DNA from: an uncultured Actinomycetes bacterium
Lineage (GTDB): Bacteria > Actinomycetota > Actinomycetes > S36-B12
Direction of reading: 5' to 3'
Assembly: GCA_937902285.1 (NCBI GenBank)
Contig: CALGTB010000077.1
Coordinates: 1 to 43,514 of the forward strand
Length of the DNA: 43,514 nucleotides
In this document: positions 43,330-43,514 of the stretch, one piece after another
Numbering within the stretch: the stretch's first letter is position 1
How the letters are laid out: every line of letters begins with the position of its first letter
Program-made: the position numbers and the translations under genes
Notes under the pieces: model-generated
The model's input: the letters and a program-made list of their open reading frames with translations, nothing else
The model's database searches: none
Told to the model about the DNA's origin: nothing

Positions 43330-43514
43330 TCAGGCGTTGTACCCGCGGAAGTCGAACTCCTCCAGCGGGACCGCCGCACCCGACGTGGCGCCGAAGGCGC
43401 TGTAGTCGAGGTCGTCGTAGCTGCCGAAGCTGGCGTACATCGCCGCCTTGGCCTCCTCGGTCGGGTCCACCCGGACGTTGCGGTACACGGGCATGCCCGT
43501 GCCGGCCGGGATGA
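43330..43514 (-). CDS. rpoC: 3' end of the RNA polymerase beta' subunit gene, cut by the window edge
   Basis: Minus-strand translation gives ...[60 protein letters not shown]-stop. IPAGTGM is the conserved beta' C-terminal motif. Confidence 0.85.
   Translation of the reverse strand, partial: IPAGTGMPVYRNVRVDPTEEAKAAMYASFGSYDDLDYSAFGATSGAAVPLEEFDFRGYNA

Noticed and set aside
43249-43340. 11-nt direct repeat tcaggcgttgt at 43249-43259 and 43330-43340 (the second copy contains the rpoC stop), considered as a possible duplication scar
   Set aside because: Similarity does not extend beyond 11 nt. The first copy is simply one arm of the ggcgttgt/acaacgcc terminator hairpin, so the match is most likely chance or hairpin-driven.

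Overview
This is a high-GC actinobacterial (Actinomycetota) core-chromosome segment, and almost every gene is on the minus strand. In transcription order (high to low coordinates) it holds: the rpoC 3' end, a DUF4190 membrane protein, the str operon (rpsL-rpsG-fusA-tuf), the complete S10/spc/alpha ribosomal super-operon (rpsJ through rplQ, including secY-adk-map, infA and rpmJ), truA, an ABC-F ATPase, rplM-rpsI-glmM, glmS-acpS-nnr-alr, an alpha/beta hydrolase, the t6A genes tsaE-tsaB-rimI-tsaD, a small accessory patch (polysaccharide deacetylase, mmuM, and a plus-strand THUMP-like methyltransferase), groES-groEL1 with CIRCE operators, and a WhiB-family gene end. Gene order matches the known Streptomyces/Mycobacterium arrangement (whiB3-groEL1-groES-tsaD-rimI-tsaB-tsaE-alr; glmS...glmM-rpsI-rplM; truA-rplQ-rpoA...). 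I found no rRNA or tRNA genes, CRISPR arrays, IS elements, integrases or recognisable defence genes. I also see no convincing novel multi-gene system; this is an ordinary housekeeping region. The observations most worth a second look are: (1) truA has no canonical start codon upstream of its conserved N-terminus; (2) a secreted EEP-family enzyme gene sits between map and infA inside the ribosomal super-operon; (3) the 40-nt glmS/DUF389 divergent spacer looks like two back-to-back leaderless promoters; (4) an uncharacterised ABC-F ATPase and an uncharacterised DUF389 protein occupy variable slots between conserved genes; (5) several long, structured non-coding spacers (rpmJ-rpsM, rpsL leader, rplM leader, infA leader) could be undescribed ribosomal-protein leaders; (6) rplQ carries a 7 x 15-nt in-frame tandem repeat. 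The many long ORFs antisense to real genes in the track are high-GC artefacts. Hairpin, promoter and start-codon coordinates were read by eye and may be off by a base or two.
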